From positions 3,944 to 67,943 of the forward strand of contig CAYREY010000003.1 in the NCBI GenBank assembly GCA_964423405.1: a stretch of DNA of 64,000 nucleotides. Reading direction: 5' to 3'. The translations under genes and the position numbers were made by a program. Shown piece after piece: positions 44,207 to 55,700 of the stretch; position 1 is the stretch's first letter; the number at the start of each line of letters is the position of its first letter. Below the pieces are notes generated by a model. The model searched no databases and was not told the origin of the DNA. It was given only the letters and a program-made list of their open reading frames with translations. Source of the stretch: an uncultured Chitinophaga sp. (GTDB lineage: Bacteria; Bacteroidota; Bacteroidia; Chitinophagales; LD1).

Positions 44207-47200
44207 TTAAGCCTTTGGTTTACGGGTATCTATAATTTTATCCCACATCTGTATAGTAGTAGGCTCAAGTTTATTATAGGTTTTTCCAGCCTTTTTCAGT
44301 GTTTCAAAAAACTCAAGATACTCCTTCTGAGCATCTCTTACTTTTTCCTTGCCAAAAATTGTAGCATAAAACGCTGATATATCGTCAGCATAGTCTTTAA
44401 ACAGTAGTTCGGCTAACCTTTCGGAATCAGTGCTCTTTTTTTCAGAGATGATTGTGGCCAATACATCCAATATGTTTAAATCCTTGTCCTTAAACTCAAT
44501 TTTTCTCGAGCCTGTGTAAAATTTGCGCTTGCTTATACTTTTGGCATCTGAAGATGTATCCAAATCCTTCTTCGCTTTGATGCTTCCCTCTTTCAATAAC
44601 TCATCCACTGCTTCAGGATTATCCAATAAATAATTAAGTAAGCTGTTAAACGTGCCGCTTACCGCCTTACCATATTCATCCCTTAAAACAACAAATTCAT
44701 CCCCCACAAATTGTTTCCATCCAAAACCCGATTCTGTTTCCCCCGAAGGACTATGAACAAACTCATCATAAATAAGCCCTAACAGAAATGTTTCCCTTGC
44801 AAGAATATCGCTTACCTTGTTAAACCCAACGCGCACTTCAGGAAGATATGATCTTTTGTGCCAGCGCTTGTCAAGATGGGGAGTGAAAAATTTCATTACA
44901 TCCTTATCCTTTCCATTCTCCGAACTACGCTCCGACAAGTGAAGCTTCCTTATCCTTTCCTTATACACCTCAAAATACGTTCCGATGGCAAATTTATTTT
45001 CCGGATCGTTGTCGTTAAAGGCCTCTACTTCATCAATAGTAAAACAAACTGTACTGTTAGCGTAAACAATGGCGTAGGGATCAAAAGCGTTATCCGCAAC
45101 TATTTCACCATTCATACTCGTTTGGGAAGGCAAAGAAGCGGCAAGTGCCTCGTTAACTCCCCAAAACTGAAATTTAGTATTCTCTTCGTGGCGAACATCC
45201 GGGTTCAGTTTAAGCAAAGGCGTATCGGCCCTCAAGGTAATACCATTGATTCTGCTTGAAACATACTTTTGTATGTCCTCATCCTCATATTTACCATTAA
45301 GTTCAGCTTCTTTCCGGAGGGCCTGTAACAAATTCATGTTAATCTGTGGATCCGTTTTCAGTTTTTCTGCGCCAAGCGGAACTACTTGCTGCTTGAATTT
45401 TTCTACGCTATCCAGCAACGCATTTTTTTGCTTACCTGATTTTTTATTTGATCGGTATGTTTCAATAAAAGTGTCATAGATCATATAAAAAATGCCTTCC
45501 AAAACTTCTTTTGGCAGATCCTGGTCATCATAGAAAGGCTTGCGTTCCGCCCAAATTTTTTCCTTGTATCCGTTCAACTTAATCGTCTCCCGCTCGGTCT
45601 TTCCCTGAATTAATACTTCGGAATAATTTTTATCAGATAAAACAAATGAATTCGAGCTATCAGCAGGTTTGTGATGCTTGTTATTCAAAACATCTGCTTC
45701 ATCCAATAATTCAGATTCCAACTTTACAATATTATCGAAAAAACTTTCGAGCAGAGAATTCATAATACTAATACCGCCAGTCAACTCCTCCAAAACCATT
45801 TCGAGCGTCTTTTCCTTCGCGTATTTGGAAATATTGGTTTTTTGACGCTGTGCTTTTTGCACGTACTCCTCTGTAAATTGCTTATACTTATTTTTCACTG
45901 CAACCTTTTTCAACCAATTCTGTTGCTTGGCTGCACGAAGTCTGTCCACCGCAGATTCCTGTTCGTCCGTACCTGGGTCATCGTAAGAGCTTTCATATTT
46001 TTCAATCGCTTTCTCAAGCCCCTCCGCTTCCGTTTTAATGAGGGCCAATTTCTTTTCAATCTGCGATTGCAGGTCGTACAATATATACCGGATTGCTACC
46101 GGATGCACCGGGTCCGCACCTCCGCTGAATAAATTGGTTAAATCCACTGCATTTTTGCGAATGGTTTCCTTATAATCTTTATCGGGCAGAATTGTAGAAG
46201 TGACATTTACTTTGATGGTATGTACCAATTCGAAAACGTAGGTTTTAAAATCACTTAAGTTTCTCTCGTAAGAGGCAATTTCATTATCAGCCTGCACCGG
46301 TTCCTTTAAACTTTCAGTTTCAAGCTTCTTACCGGTAAAATATTTGTATTTAGGCGTATTCTGCAATTGCTCCTCTATAAATTTCTCAATGCTACTTAAG
46401 AATTCACCCGATTTTGGGGCACCAATTTCTCCATTCTCTCTTTTTGCGAAAGTCTGATTATACAACCGTTTAAACAACTTACCCAAAACCTGGTCTTTGG
46501 CCAAAGACGGAATAGTTTGAAGATAATGCTCTCTTCGGTTCGGACGGGGATATTCCCTTCCTTGTAACTTGGCTTTATTATACTCATTTATCAAAATCAT
46601 AAACCTTCTGTCGGTTTCACTCCATTGCTCCGAGATATTTCCGGCAATCCACTTTAGTGCACAAAAACGGGCCATATCATCAACAGGGTATATAAGGCGG
46701 CTTACTGCGCTTCCGCAAAAGCGTGCATAGCCATTGCTTTGAATCAGTTTAAGCAACTCGTTATTGGCTATAGACAGCGAGCGCTCTCCGGCCCGGCTTG
46801 CAGCTAGCAAAAACAAGGTCTCTTCTACCTGTTTATAATAAGGGATAATGCCTCCGCCTAAGTTCTTTTTATCATCACCATCCCGATCAAACAGAAAAAC
46901 AAAATCGTACGGAATATTGCTTTTAGGTAAAGCCCTGTTTTTATCAATTAAAGACTCTTTAACATCGAACTCAAACTCCAATTTAAAACTGTCGGTATCT
47001 ATACCGTTGTAGTTGTATTTATAAACGGCTGCTAACTCTTTGATAGCTGCAAAGCCATTGGCCTTCATATTTGTCTTTTGATTTACGCTTAAATCGCGAA
47101 CATTATTCTCGTTCGATTCGGTAATTATACTTGGCAGAATAAACAGTCCAAAAAGATTGAATTTTTCGATTCCTCTTTCAGTAAGCAACGTACGCATAAT

Positions 47201-47674
47201 GGCCCCCATTTGCAAAAAAATACCGGAGCCGGTACCACCCGCTAGGGTACATACGATAAAAACCCTGGGTGTTACTTTAAAAACATTTTCATCTCTAACA
47301 AACAGGTTGGCAATTTGGGAACTCAATTTCTTGAGCTTCCCTTCACGTATGGCAGCGCGTAAAGCAAGTCGACTTATAACACGAAATTGTGCCGCGCCCT
47401 GTGTAAGGTTATGCTCATCAAGCAAGGGCGAATCGGGAAACCATTCCTTTGCTTGTTCATCTACTTTTAGATAGGTGCCTACTTTCCGGTCGGTGCTGGT
47501 TTGGAAAATATTCTCCGGCTTAATGTGCTTCAACTCTTTAATGTCGTTTACATCCGTATCAAAGCATGCCACGAGCAAATTGTCGCGCATGTTGCCCGTT
47601 ATCCTGCTGCTTACCTCATTAACAATTTTACAGCCGGTGCCTCCTAAACCAATAATAATCGTAGGTGTATTCAT
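44207..47674 (-). CDS. tubulin/FtsZ-superfamily GTPase-like protein (Tubulin_2 / FtsZ-like family), 1155 aa
   Basis: N-terminal IIIGLGGTGCKIVNEV (T1-like GxGxxG) and VFIVCTLAGGTGSGIFLQMG (tubulin signature GGTGSG). Followed by a long helical C-terminal region. Confidence 0.7.
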   Translation of the reverse strand: MNTPTIIIGLGGTGCKIVNEVSSRITGNMRDNLLVACFDTDVNDIKELKHIKPENIFQTSTDRKVGTYLKVDEQAKEWFPDSPLLDEHNLTQGAAQFRVISRLALRAAIREGKLKKLSSQIANLFVRDENVFKVTPRVFIVCTLAGGTGSGIFLQMGAIMRTLLTERGIEKFNLFGLFILPSIITESNENNVRDLSVNQKTNMKANGFAAIKELAAVYKYNYNGIDTDSFKLEFEFDVKESLIDKNRALPKSNIPYDFVFLFDRDGDDKKNLGGGIIPYYKQVEETLFLLAASRAGERSLSIANNELLKLIQSNGYARFCGSAVSRLIYPVDDMARFCALKWIAGNISEQWSETDRRFMILINEYNKAKLQGREYPRPNRREHYLQTIPSLAKDQVLGKLFKRLYNQTFAKRENGEIGAPKSGEFLSSIEKFIEEQLQNTPKYKYFTGKKLETESLKEPVQADNEIASYERNLSDFKTYVFELVHTIKVNVTSTILPDKDYKETIRKNAVDLTNLFSGGADPVHPVAIRYILYDLQSQIEKKLALIKTEAEGLEKAIEKYESSYDDPGTDEQESAVDRLRAAKQQNWLKKVAVKNKYKQFTEEYVQKAQRQKTNISKYAKEKTLEMVLEELTGGISIMNSLLESFFDNIVKLESELLDEADVLNNKHHKPADSSNSFVLSDKNYSEVLIQGKTERETIKLNGYKEKIWAERKPFYDDQDLPKEVLEGIFYMIYDTFIETYRSNKKSGKQKNALLDSVEKFKQQVVPLGAEKLKTDPQINMNLLQALRKEAELNGKYEDEDIQKYVSSRINGITLRADTPLLKLNPDVRHEENTKFQFWGVNEALAASLPSQTSMNGEIVADNAFDPYAIVYANSTVCFTIDEVEAFNDNDPENKFAIGTYFEVYKERIRKLHLSERSSENGKDKDVMKFFTPHLDKRWHKRSYLPEVRVGFNKVSDILARETFLLGLIYDEFVHSPSGETESGFGWKQFVGDEFVVLRDEYGKAVSGTFNSLLNYLLDNPEAVDELLKEGSIKAKKDLDTSSDAKSISKRKFYTGSRKIEFKDKDLNILDVLATIISEKKSTDSERLAELLFKDYADDISAFYATIFGKEKVRDAQKEYLEFFETLKKAGKTYNKLEPTTIQMWDKIIDTRKPKA

Positions 47675-47684
47675 AACTGTTTTT

Positions 47685-49787
47685 TTATGGAATGGTTATT
47701 TTGTAAAAATCAATATAGTCGTTTTGGGTAACAGTAATTACATCCCCGTCAATAATCTGCTCGCCTTTGGAAGGTATCTTATCTTCAACATTCTGATAAT
47801 GCTCTAACCGCTGACCGTTTCTACGCATAGTGCTTTTACTCAGGCAGTTTTCTTTTACTAAAACAATCGAACTGGTACGGGTTGCTTCAAGAATTAGTGA
47901 TCCAACCGTGGTTCTTTCCGGTATTATAGGTATCAGATAGCGTGAAATTATTCCGGTTGGTAGTTTTCTTAAAGCACCGTAATTGATGCTTCGTTCATCC
48001 TCATAAAACTGAGAAACCCGTTTTGTCTGAATATAACTCCCTCTTCTAAACCGAGGCTTCTTAAACAACAGGATAATATAGAGCAGAAAAAGGATCAGGA
48101 AGAGGATGAATAATAGCAACTTCAAACAGCGCAAATACCAGGGTTGATCGGTTTTTAAATTTATTTTCCATTCGCCTTCAATCGACTCGTAATTCGGATT
48201 TTTAGATTTTGCCCTATATTTACCTGCATACGTTCCCTCGCGCATAAAGCAATTGCATAAATTCTTTTTTAAGCATATCCGGTAACCAGACCCAACGACT
48301 TCCACGTCGAACGAAGTGCCCATAGGCGCATCAAACAAGACAAGATCAAAATCTTTTGGATCCAGAGGTTGCCCGGTCTGACGTACATATAAAAAGCCCT
48401 CTGAACAGATTTTATCTACAAAAGTACTTAATGCAATATCAGGGAACTGTATTTGCCCCCCGGGTACTGTGTCGGTCTTACCACTTATGTCGCAAACCTT
48501 CCTAATCAAAACAATTGTTTTTAGCATCTTGTCCAGGTAGCCGTCTTTTATTATCTGTATGCTTAACATAGAAGTATCGGCTTTAACCGGAACCATGCAG
48601 GTTAGCTTTCCATTGCTATAACCTGCCTCATAAGATTTATCGTTCGATTTTACAATAACCTTCAACGATTTCAATAACCCATTGGTATCAGTAATACCGG
48701 TAAGGTTTTTACCTTCCAACACCACCTCATATTCCTTTAAATCCTCGCAAATTTCATAAACACCATTTTCCGGGTCCTGACTTTTAAATTTTCCAACAAA
48801 CCCCACATTAAATTCCAGTTCAGCAAAAGGCAGAATGCGTATTTTAGAAGGATTTACTCTACGGTCAAAATTTATTCTAATTTGCTTACCAGCCGGAATT
48901 AGCCCATTACCCGCTGGTTTTACATGATATAAAAACGAACTAATAAGCGCAATTAGTTCACCCACCGGGGGCGTTGCGTCATTACAATTTTGAAAATGTT
49001 CGCTGATTACTAAAGGAAAGGTTGATTTTAGATCCGTAACCTGCGGAACCGTATTGTAAAGTATTTCGTCCTCGTAATAAACAATAAATCCTTTCAGTGG
49101 AATCTCCGGCGTATATTCAATTGATTGGTCACCAACCTTTTTAAAGTCTCTATTTTGCGAGGTTCCCAATATCTCCTGAGTTACCAGCGACAAGTCTTTA
49201 CTGAGCTCTTCAACATCACCATTCGTAATAGTATGCGTTACCACCAATTTATAATCCTTTAGTAGCGCGCTTTCTAAAGAAGAGCTAGCGCGTTCAGATC
49301 TTTCCCTTAAAGTTTGTATAAAAACTACGTTTGGCCGAATAGAATTATAAAAGGCGCTATACTCCTTGTCAAAATCTTTTGCTACATCTCCACCCTTACA
49401 CCCTCTATATGTATTCCAATCACCCCATACACCATCCGAAAAAATAATCAGCCAATTATCCTTACCGTCATTTTTAAAAGCGGGAATTGCAGTTTTAAGC
49501 AAGCTAAACCCGTCGCATTGCTTTTGCTGCCATGCCTCAATCGCTCTTAAATCATCATGCGTATGCTTAATGGTTATCAAATCATTACCACGCACAATAT
49601 AAAACTCATCACTATCATCTAGCACGCTCCCCAAAAACTGCAGGGCATAATCGGCTACTTTGTATTTCTCCCCGGTCATGCTTCCCGAATCATCCAGCAC
49701 AAAAACAACCCTCCTCGAACTATTTGCCTCTTGACTAAATAGCGCTAAAAGTGCTAACATCAACAAAAGCCTGGTTACTTTAATCAT
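47685..49787 (-). CDS. secreted vWA-domain protein with a C-terminal TM anchor and cytoplasmic tail
   Basis: Signal peptide LLLMLALLALFSQEANS, MIDAS motif VVFVLDDSGSMTG (DxSxS), and a TM helix LLLFILFLILFLLYIILLF near aa 590. Confidence 0.75.
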   Translation of the reverse strand: MIKVTRLLLMLALLALFSQEANSSRRVVFVLDDSGSMTGEKYKVADYALQFLGSVLDDSDEFYIVRGNDLITIKHTHDDLRAIEAWQQKQCDGFSLLKTAIPAFKNDGKDNWLIIFSDGVWGDWNTYRGCKGGDVAKDFDKEYSAFYNSIRPNVVFIQTLRERSERASSSLESALLKDYKLVVTHTITNGDVEELSKDLSLVTQEILGTSQNRDFKKVGDQSIEYTPEIPLKGFIVYYEDEILYNTVPQVTDLKSTFPLVISEHFQNCNDATPPVGELIALISSFLYHVKPAGNGLIPAGKQIRINFDRRVNPSKIRILPFAELEFNVGFVGKFKSQDPENGVYEICEDLKEYEVVLEGKNLTGITDTNGLLKSLKVIVKSNDKSYEAGYSNGKLTCMVPVKADTSMLSIQIIKDGYLDKMLKTIVLIRKVCDISGKTDTVPGGQIQFPDIALSTFVDKICSEGFLYVRQTGQPLDPKDFDLVLFDAPMGTSFDVEVVGSGYRICLKKNLCNCFMREGTYAGKYRAKSKNPNYESIEGEWKINLKTDQPWYLRCLKLLLFILFLILFLLYIILLFKKPRFRRGSYIQTKRVSQFYEDERSINYGALRKLPTGIISRYLIPIIPERTTVGSLILEATRTSSIVLVKENCLSKSTMRRNGQRLEHYQNVEDKIPSKGEQIIDGDVITVTQNDYIDFYKITIP

Positions 49788-50240
49788 GCGGGGTTAAATA
49801 TCTATGTCTAACGGATAAAGAGTGTGTTGCTAAGCAAGGATAAGAAATTTTGTGGGGAAAAACGCTATGATTAGAAATTTTCCTGAAATGACTAATACAT
49901 TAGATGATTACGATATAGAACTCGGTGGGGATCAAAGAGTGTTTCAGAAAAGTTGTTTGTTTTTCTTTTATTTGCTTCCAAGAAAAATACCCTGTTATTT
50001 ATCAAATTGGGTTTATGTAAGTTTATTGCTGACTGACTAGGTAATTAAAGGAAGTAGGATAATATAGGATATATTTCATTTCTAAATTTTTCTTACTATT
50101 GTCTACAATAACTAATGACCTGATTATAATTTTATATTGCCTTTGCTTTATTCTTTTTAAGAATTTCAATGATCGCAAAACCTAATCAGCTTAATTCTTA
50201 TTGACCTTTTTATAAATACTACAACCCAAATCCTTTAATC

Positions 50241-51263
50241 ATGAAAAAAAATCTGTTTATTCTTTTTTTTGTTGCCTCACTTGTGAATGGCTGTAATACA
50301 GGCTCCAATAAGCCCTCCAGTGAAACAACCCAAAGCGATGGCCTTTATCACGGTACAATTAAAGCGGGTCACCTTGTTGCGTTAGACCACGCACCTTTAT
50401 TTGTGGCAAAAGAAGCCGGCTATTTTAAGCAAAATGGCATCGATTTAGAGACTGTGGCATTTAGCAATCCTGGTGACAATAACACCGCGCTTGCAGGCGG
50501 AAGCATTCAGTTTTCAGCTAATCCATTCACGCTGCCCTATTTCGCTGTTAACAGCGGTATTAATATGCAGATCGTTTCTGCGGCAGGAGGACTCGGTGTG
50601 ATTGAAGTTGTTATTCAGGGGAAATACAAAGTTACCAGTATTAGCGCCTTAATAAGCTATATTAAAGCACATAAAGGTAAAAAGCTGAAGATAGCAGTAC
50701 TAAAGGGAGATACTCTTGAAATGATGATATACAAAATACTTACTGACAACGGGCTTACTTACGATGACGTGGAAATGATTTGGTTTAATGACCTATTGGC
50801 AATGGTTGATGCTTTCAAAACAAAACAGGTAGATGTCCTTAGTTTCCTTAAACCCTATTCAACCGATTTGATAGTGAATTACGGAGCTACCTCTATTGCT
50901 ACCAATAGCGATGTGTGGGGAGAAGGAACGCCTAACTGCACAGTGGATATTATGGAAGATTTTGGAAAGAAATATCCCAAAACTGTTGAGGCATATATCA
51001 AATCCCTGAATCAGGGTTTCGACCTTATTGTAAACCAACCCGACAGTGCTGTTGCACTTTTGGAGAAAGGTGGCTATTTTAAGGTTGGCAAGGATGTCCT
51101 TTTATATGCATTTAAAAATCAACCAAAGAAGGTGACATTAAGGCCAAATGTTGCCGGAATGAATCAAGCTATCGATAACATGGTAACAATGGGCTACATA
51201 AAAAAGCCTACAAAAGAGGTTGTGAATTTACGCTTTCTGGAAGCGGCCTTACCTAATCAATAG
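50241..51263 (+). CDS. ABC transporter substrate-binding lipoprotein, NitT/TauT (NMT1/SsuA-like) family
   Basis: Lipobox LVNGC. GHLVALDHAPLFVAKEAGYFKQNGIDLE is typical of this SBP family. Adjacent to the permease and ATPase genes. Confidence 0.75.
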   Translation: MKKNLFILFFVASLVNGCNTGSNKPSSETTQSDGLYHGTIKAGHLVALDHAPLFVAKEAGYFKQNGIDLETVAFSNPGDNNTALAGGSIQFSANPFTLPYFAVNSGINMQIVSAAGGLGVIEVVIQGKYKVTSISALISYIKAHKGKKLKIAVLKGDTLEMMIYKILTDNGLTYDDVEMIWFNDLLAMVDAFKTKQVDVLSFLKPYSTDLIVNYGATSIATNSDVWGEGTPNCTVDIMEDFGKKYPKTVEAYIKSLNQGFDLIVNQPDSAVALLEKGGYFKVGKDVLLYAFKNQPKKVTLRPNVAGMNQAIDNMVTMGYIKKPTKEVVNLRFLEAALPNQ

Positions 51264-51268
51264 AACCG

Positions 51269-52048
51269 ATGCCGCGCTATTTAAAGAGCACATTATTCCA
51301 TATTGCTTCAATAGGTTCGCTATTCTTGGTTTGGGAATTACTGTATAAGGCAGGATTTGATTGGATGAAGTTATTTCCACCGCCAACAGTTTTTCTTAAA
51401 TCAATGTATGAAAGCGATTTCAAAATAGGCTACGGTTCGCAGACTGCTTCCGTATTTACATCAGTTACGGGAAGTATCTATCGCGTAATTATGGGCTTAA
51501 TCGTTGCTACCCTGGGGGCCTTTATATTCGGCACACTATTCTCCTTAAGTTCAAACGCCAAGGCCTTTTTTTTACCGGTAATAAGGCTATTGGCACCTAT
51601 CGCACCAATAGCGTGGATACCCCTGGGACTTTGGATATTTGGAATAGGCGACCAAACTGCAATTTTTATCGTCTTTATGGGTGTTTTCTTCATACTCACA
51701 ATCTCGGTTGTAAGGGCAATTGAAACTGTTCCGCCCAAATTTTTGCAAACGGCATCTGTATTTGGCGCAACAAAGTTCCAAACTTTTTACATGGTAATAA
51801 TTCCGGCAATAGTGCCCGCGGTTTTTACCAGCCTTCGAATAAACTTTCTTGCCGCATGGATGGCGGTGTTGGCGGCGGAAATGACTGGCCTAAGAGATGG
51901 TTTGGGAGCTATAATTATGACAGGGAGAAATCTCTTTAATCCGGAAATGATTGTATCGGGTATGTTTTTGATTGGGGTTACAGGATTTCTTTTTGATTCA
52001 TTTCTTAATTTCCTTCAAAACAAATTTTTTTGGTGGGATAAAATTTAA
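51269..52048 (+). CDS. ABC transporter permease (NitT/TauT family)
   Basis: About 6 hydrophobic helices. EAA-type loop LAAEMTGLRDGLGAII. Confidence 0.85.
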   Translation: MPRYLKSTLFHIASIGSLFLVWELLYKAGFDWMKLFPPPTVFLKSMYESDFKIGYGSQTASVFTSVTGSIYRVIMGLIVATLGAFIFGTLFSLSSNAKAFFLPVIRLLAPIAPIAWIPLGLWIFGIGDQTAIFIVFMGVFFILTISVVRAIETVPPKFLQTASVFGATKFQTFYMVIIPAIVPAVFTSLRINFLAAWMAVLAAEMTGLRDGLGAIIMTGRNLFNPEMIVSGMFLIGVTGFLFDSFLNFLQNKFFWWDKI

Positions 52049-52050
52049 CT

Positions 52051-52770
52051 ATGATCGAACTAAAGAAAGTTCATTTTGGTTACACAGGCGAAATTCTGAT
52101 CTTTAAGGATTTTGATTTCAATATTGCAGAAGGCGAGTTTGTATGCATATTAGGAAGTTCCGGCTCAGGAAAGTCTACGCTCTTGAATTTGGTCTCCGGA
52201 ATTCTGGCCCCGGATCACGGGAAAATTGAGCGTCGGCCTGAATTGGAAATTGGTTTCGTTTTCCAGGACTATTCGCTTTACCCATGGTTAGATGTGGAAT
52301 CTAATGCTGCATTTGGACTGAAAATAAAGGGGATGGGAAAACAAGAGCGACTCGCCCAAACGCGTGGAGTGCTAAAGAATGTAGGGCTATTTGAGGCAAG
52401 CCATAAATACCCTCACCAATTGTCTGGAGGGATGAAGCAAAGAGTAGCAATAGCCCGGGCCATAACCAATAAGTCCAATTTGCTGTTGATGGATGAGCCG
52501 TTTGGGGCGTTGGATCAAACTACAAGAAATGAGATGCAGGCCTTTATCCGTGGAATATGGAGGGATTCAAAAGCAGGCGCCCGGCCTTTGAGCATTGTTT
52601 TTATTACGCACAACATAGAAGAGGCCTACCTTCTTGGTGAACGAATTTTAATTTTTAAAAAGGGAAAGCCCGTAGCGATAACCGAGAAACAACTGACGCC
52701 AAACACTAAACGCGACTTATTTACAGATGAATACGGCGTATTTAGAAGAGAAATTTTAGAACTAATATAA
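52051..52770 (+). CDS. ABC transporter ATP-binding protein (NitT/TauT family)
   Basis: Walker A GSSGSGKSTLLNL, signature LSGGMKQRVAIARA, Walker B LLLMDEPFGALD, H-loop FITHN. Confidence 0.9.
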   Translation: MIELKKVHFGYTGEILIFKDFDFNIAEGEFVCILGSSGSGKSTLLNLVSGILAPDHGKIERRPELEIGFVFQDYSLYPWLDVESNAAFGLKIKGMGKQERLAQTRGVLKNVGLFEASHKYPHQLSGGMKQRVAIARAITNKSNLLLMDEPFGALDQTTRNEMQAFIRGIWRDSKAGARPLSIVFITHNIEEAYLLGERILIFKKGKPVAITEKQLTPNTKRDLFTDEYGVFRREILELI

Positions 52771-52779
52771 TATACAAAT

Positions 52780-55700
52780 ATGGATAACACCGAACTGTTG
52801 CATAACTCAAGTAGTGAAAGTCAGGAAAACGGTAATAGTTTTAAAAAAATTCCGGTTTTCGAAACTGAAGATGAGGAAACCGGGTTAAAAAAAATAAATC
52901 TAAGTAAAGCTCTCCTCGAGGAGTACCGCGACAGGCTATTTAGACTCTCGGGTTTGGAGGAAATATACAAGGCTATTACTAGGGAAATCAGCAGTGTTGC
53001 TAATGTGAAATATTTGTTTGTGGAAAACTCCACTTTTAGTTCTGCAATAGGCAACAACCGACTTGATGCGTTTACCTGCGTAATGGACAAAGGAAATGGT
53101 CAGTTTCGAAAAAATGTTGCGAGCTATTTAAAACCTGTAATTGCAAAACTTCAAGAAAGACATCACGCACTCTTAGTTCATCCTGATTTTTGCAAAAGCC
53201 CTCAATCCGCCCGCGCGTACACTTCAGTTTTGAACCCTAAAGAACTCAAGTTTCTGGGAGACGCAGAAAAGTATGAGGCGGAATATCTAAATCTTAACGC
53301 AGATAGCTCTGAGAATGCGGTACCCCTTGATAAAGTAAAAGACGAAGAGTTTAATGAAGAGGGGGTCTATTCCTGTAATAGTAACATAAATATCCCCTAT
53401 GACAATTTAGAGTCACAATCCCGCAAGACGAAAGCAACGAGTGAACCGGGTCAGTTACATATATTGAACCATAGCATTTATAATAGATATTTTCTCGCTC
53501 CACGAAGTGATGAAGAAGTTCCGGATGTAGAGGGGTGCCAAACAGTTTTTCTTTCCATACCTGTACTATCATCTTCTGGCAGCTTGGATCTCGATGGTGA
53601 GAATGAAGAAAAAAATTCCGAGGAACGCTTTAAGGGACAAGGAGCACTTTTTATTTTTTTGGTTTTAAGAAAGAACGATGAAAAGATATCCGAGGAAAAA
53701 TTCGCTCAAGAACTTGACGCTACAATCCGGCAATTAGCTCTTAAACTACCCAGAATCGTGAAAACAATCACATTCGATTATGTTTTTAACATCGGATTAG
53801 AAAAGGCAAAAAGAGCTAAAAACGAAGCGATAAAATCCGCAAAGGCCGCGATTATGGCAAGAAACATGAGCCACAATATTGGTAGCCATGTCATTTCATA
53901 TTTAAACGCACATTTGAGCAATGTAGAGGCCGTTTTGGATATTGGCGCTTTCAACGATATTGTAAAACGTACCCATTCTAGCGATGGCAGGATTAAACTG
54001 CAGTTCACCGATTCGGAACAAAAGGGAGACTTTGACGATGAAATGGTGCAGTTACCTTTTTTGTTAGGCCTGGGCAAGTTTCTGGGATATTTGCAGGAGA
54101 GGCAGGATTTCATTGCCTCTATTGCTACGGACCATATTCCGCCAAGTTCCGGTGTTAATTTGAAAGATTTTGTTTTAGATGGATTTGCATGGGATAGTCG
54201 CCAAAAGCGCCATGGAAAGGAAGTTAAACAATACTCTAATATTCTTTTGGAATACATTGCCAAATCTGAAGGGATAACCAGAGAAAAGCTAAAGATATTT
54301 TTCAACAATCAGGATTTGGATATCCCCATATTAGCAGATAACTCCAATGTAAGGGGAGTAAATGTGGCGCTGCCGGGAGGTATTATGGGAAGACAGGCAT
54401 TATATTCGATTTTCGAAAATATTATACGGAATTCTGCTAAACATGCCAAAGCAGAAAAAAATGAGTTTCATCTTCATATTGAGGTTAACGAATTTAACAA
54501 GTTTGAAAACTATGAGTTCTTTCGTTTCAGTGAAGGGGAAACGAAAGGAAAAGAGCGCCAAATTGAACAAGTTTGCTTAAGTGATTTCAAAAATTATGAA
54601 GACACTTACTATAGCCTGATAGTAAGGGATCATTTTGGTAATGCTAATGAGGAAACTCTCACTAAGGTATTGGAGGGTGTAGAAAAGGAAATGATAAACG
54701 CCGACTATTCGCTAAATGAACAGGCCAAAGGGTTAAAAGAGATGAAAATATCTGCGGCCTGGATACGCGGAAAATCGGTTGCTGCTGAAAACGAAAGATT
54801 CCCCTTTTTATTGGCAGGAAGGTTAAAAACAACTAAAGAGGAGGCATTATTATATTGGATAGAGGATAGGAAAGGCAAACAAGTTGGCAAGACTTTTCGC
54901 TCCAAAGAGTATATCACATTACTGACCGAAATCAATCAATTACAAGAACAATTAAGTTCGCTCACTCAAGATGAGAAAAAACAGCTGGTTCCACACTTGT
55001 CTTTCCATATTCTCCTTCCTAAATCATTTAAAGTTATAGTGATTTCTGATAAGCTTAGCGAAGAAGTTAAGGTCTTACTAAAAAAACATGATTGGCAGGT
55101 TGTTTCATCTTGGGAGGTAGAAAAAATACAGAATTTATATTCATCCATATACATATTGGATTCAGATCTCAAAGAAAAATTGGCTGATGCAGTTTACTCA
55201 TTTGGCGTCAGCGACATCAAGGATAGCAAAGAGCGCATGGTCAAATTGAAGAAATATAAACCAATTGATTTTCGGGCGAACCTGTTTTCAAAAAGAATGA
55301 TCGAGGCCAAAGTTACCGAAAATACCATCGAAAATTACTTATTAAAAGATGGCGATGGTGCTACTGAAAAGCTGCATGATTTATTTGTTTATCTTTATAA
55401 TAAGATAATAAATATTAATTTTAATATTTCAACTAAGGATGTTTTAATTAAAATTGAAGATAAGGATAAACAAGTTAAGGAACCGATGACCGCATTAGCA
55501 AAGGCACAAATAACTCAGGACCTTCAAAAAGATTTGCCAGGACGGTCAAACCTGCATGAGATTTATTTTGGAAAGCACTTGAAAATTAAGGATTTAGATA
55601 CTATCAGAGAGAAATCAAAGGCTGCGTTTCATTATGCAGAAAGTATCACCGGCGATAATTCAACCAATCGTTTGTTAAGAAGTGAAGACAAAGACGATAT

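Noticed and set aside
50241-52770. The ABC transporter as part of the downstream kinase-like five-gene system (only a 9-nt gap to 52780)
   Set aside because: The three genes form a complete, ordinary NitT/TauT-type importer with no obvious conflict role. Co-transcription cannot be excluded from sequence alone, so I note this rather than call it.
53778-54308. 176-aa minus-strand ORF, and other antisense ORFs at 52821..53090, 55632..55901 and 57910..58374, within the kinase-like operon
   Set aside because: They lie antisense within long, motif-bearing plus-strand genes. Their translations are low-complexity with no motifs.
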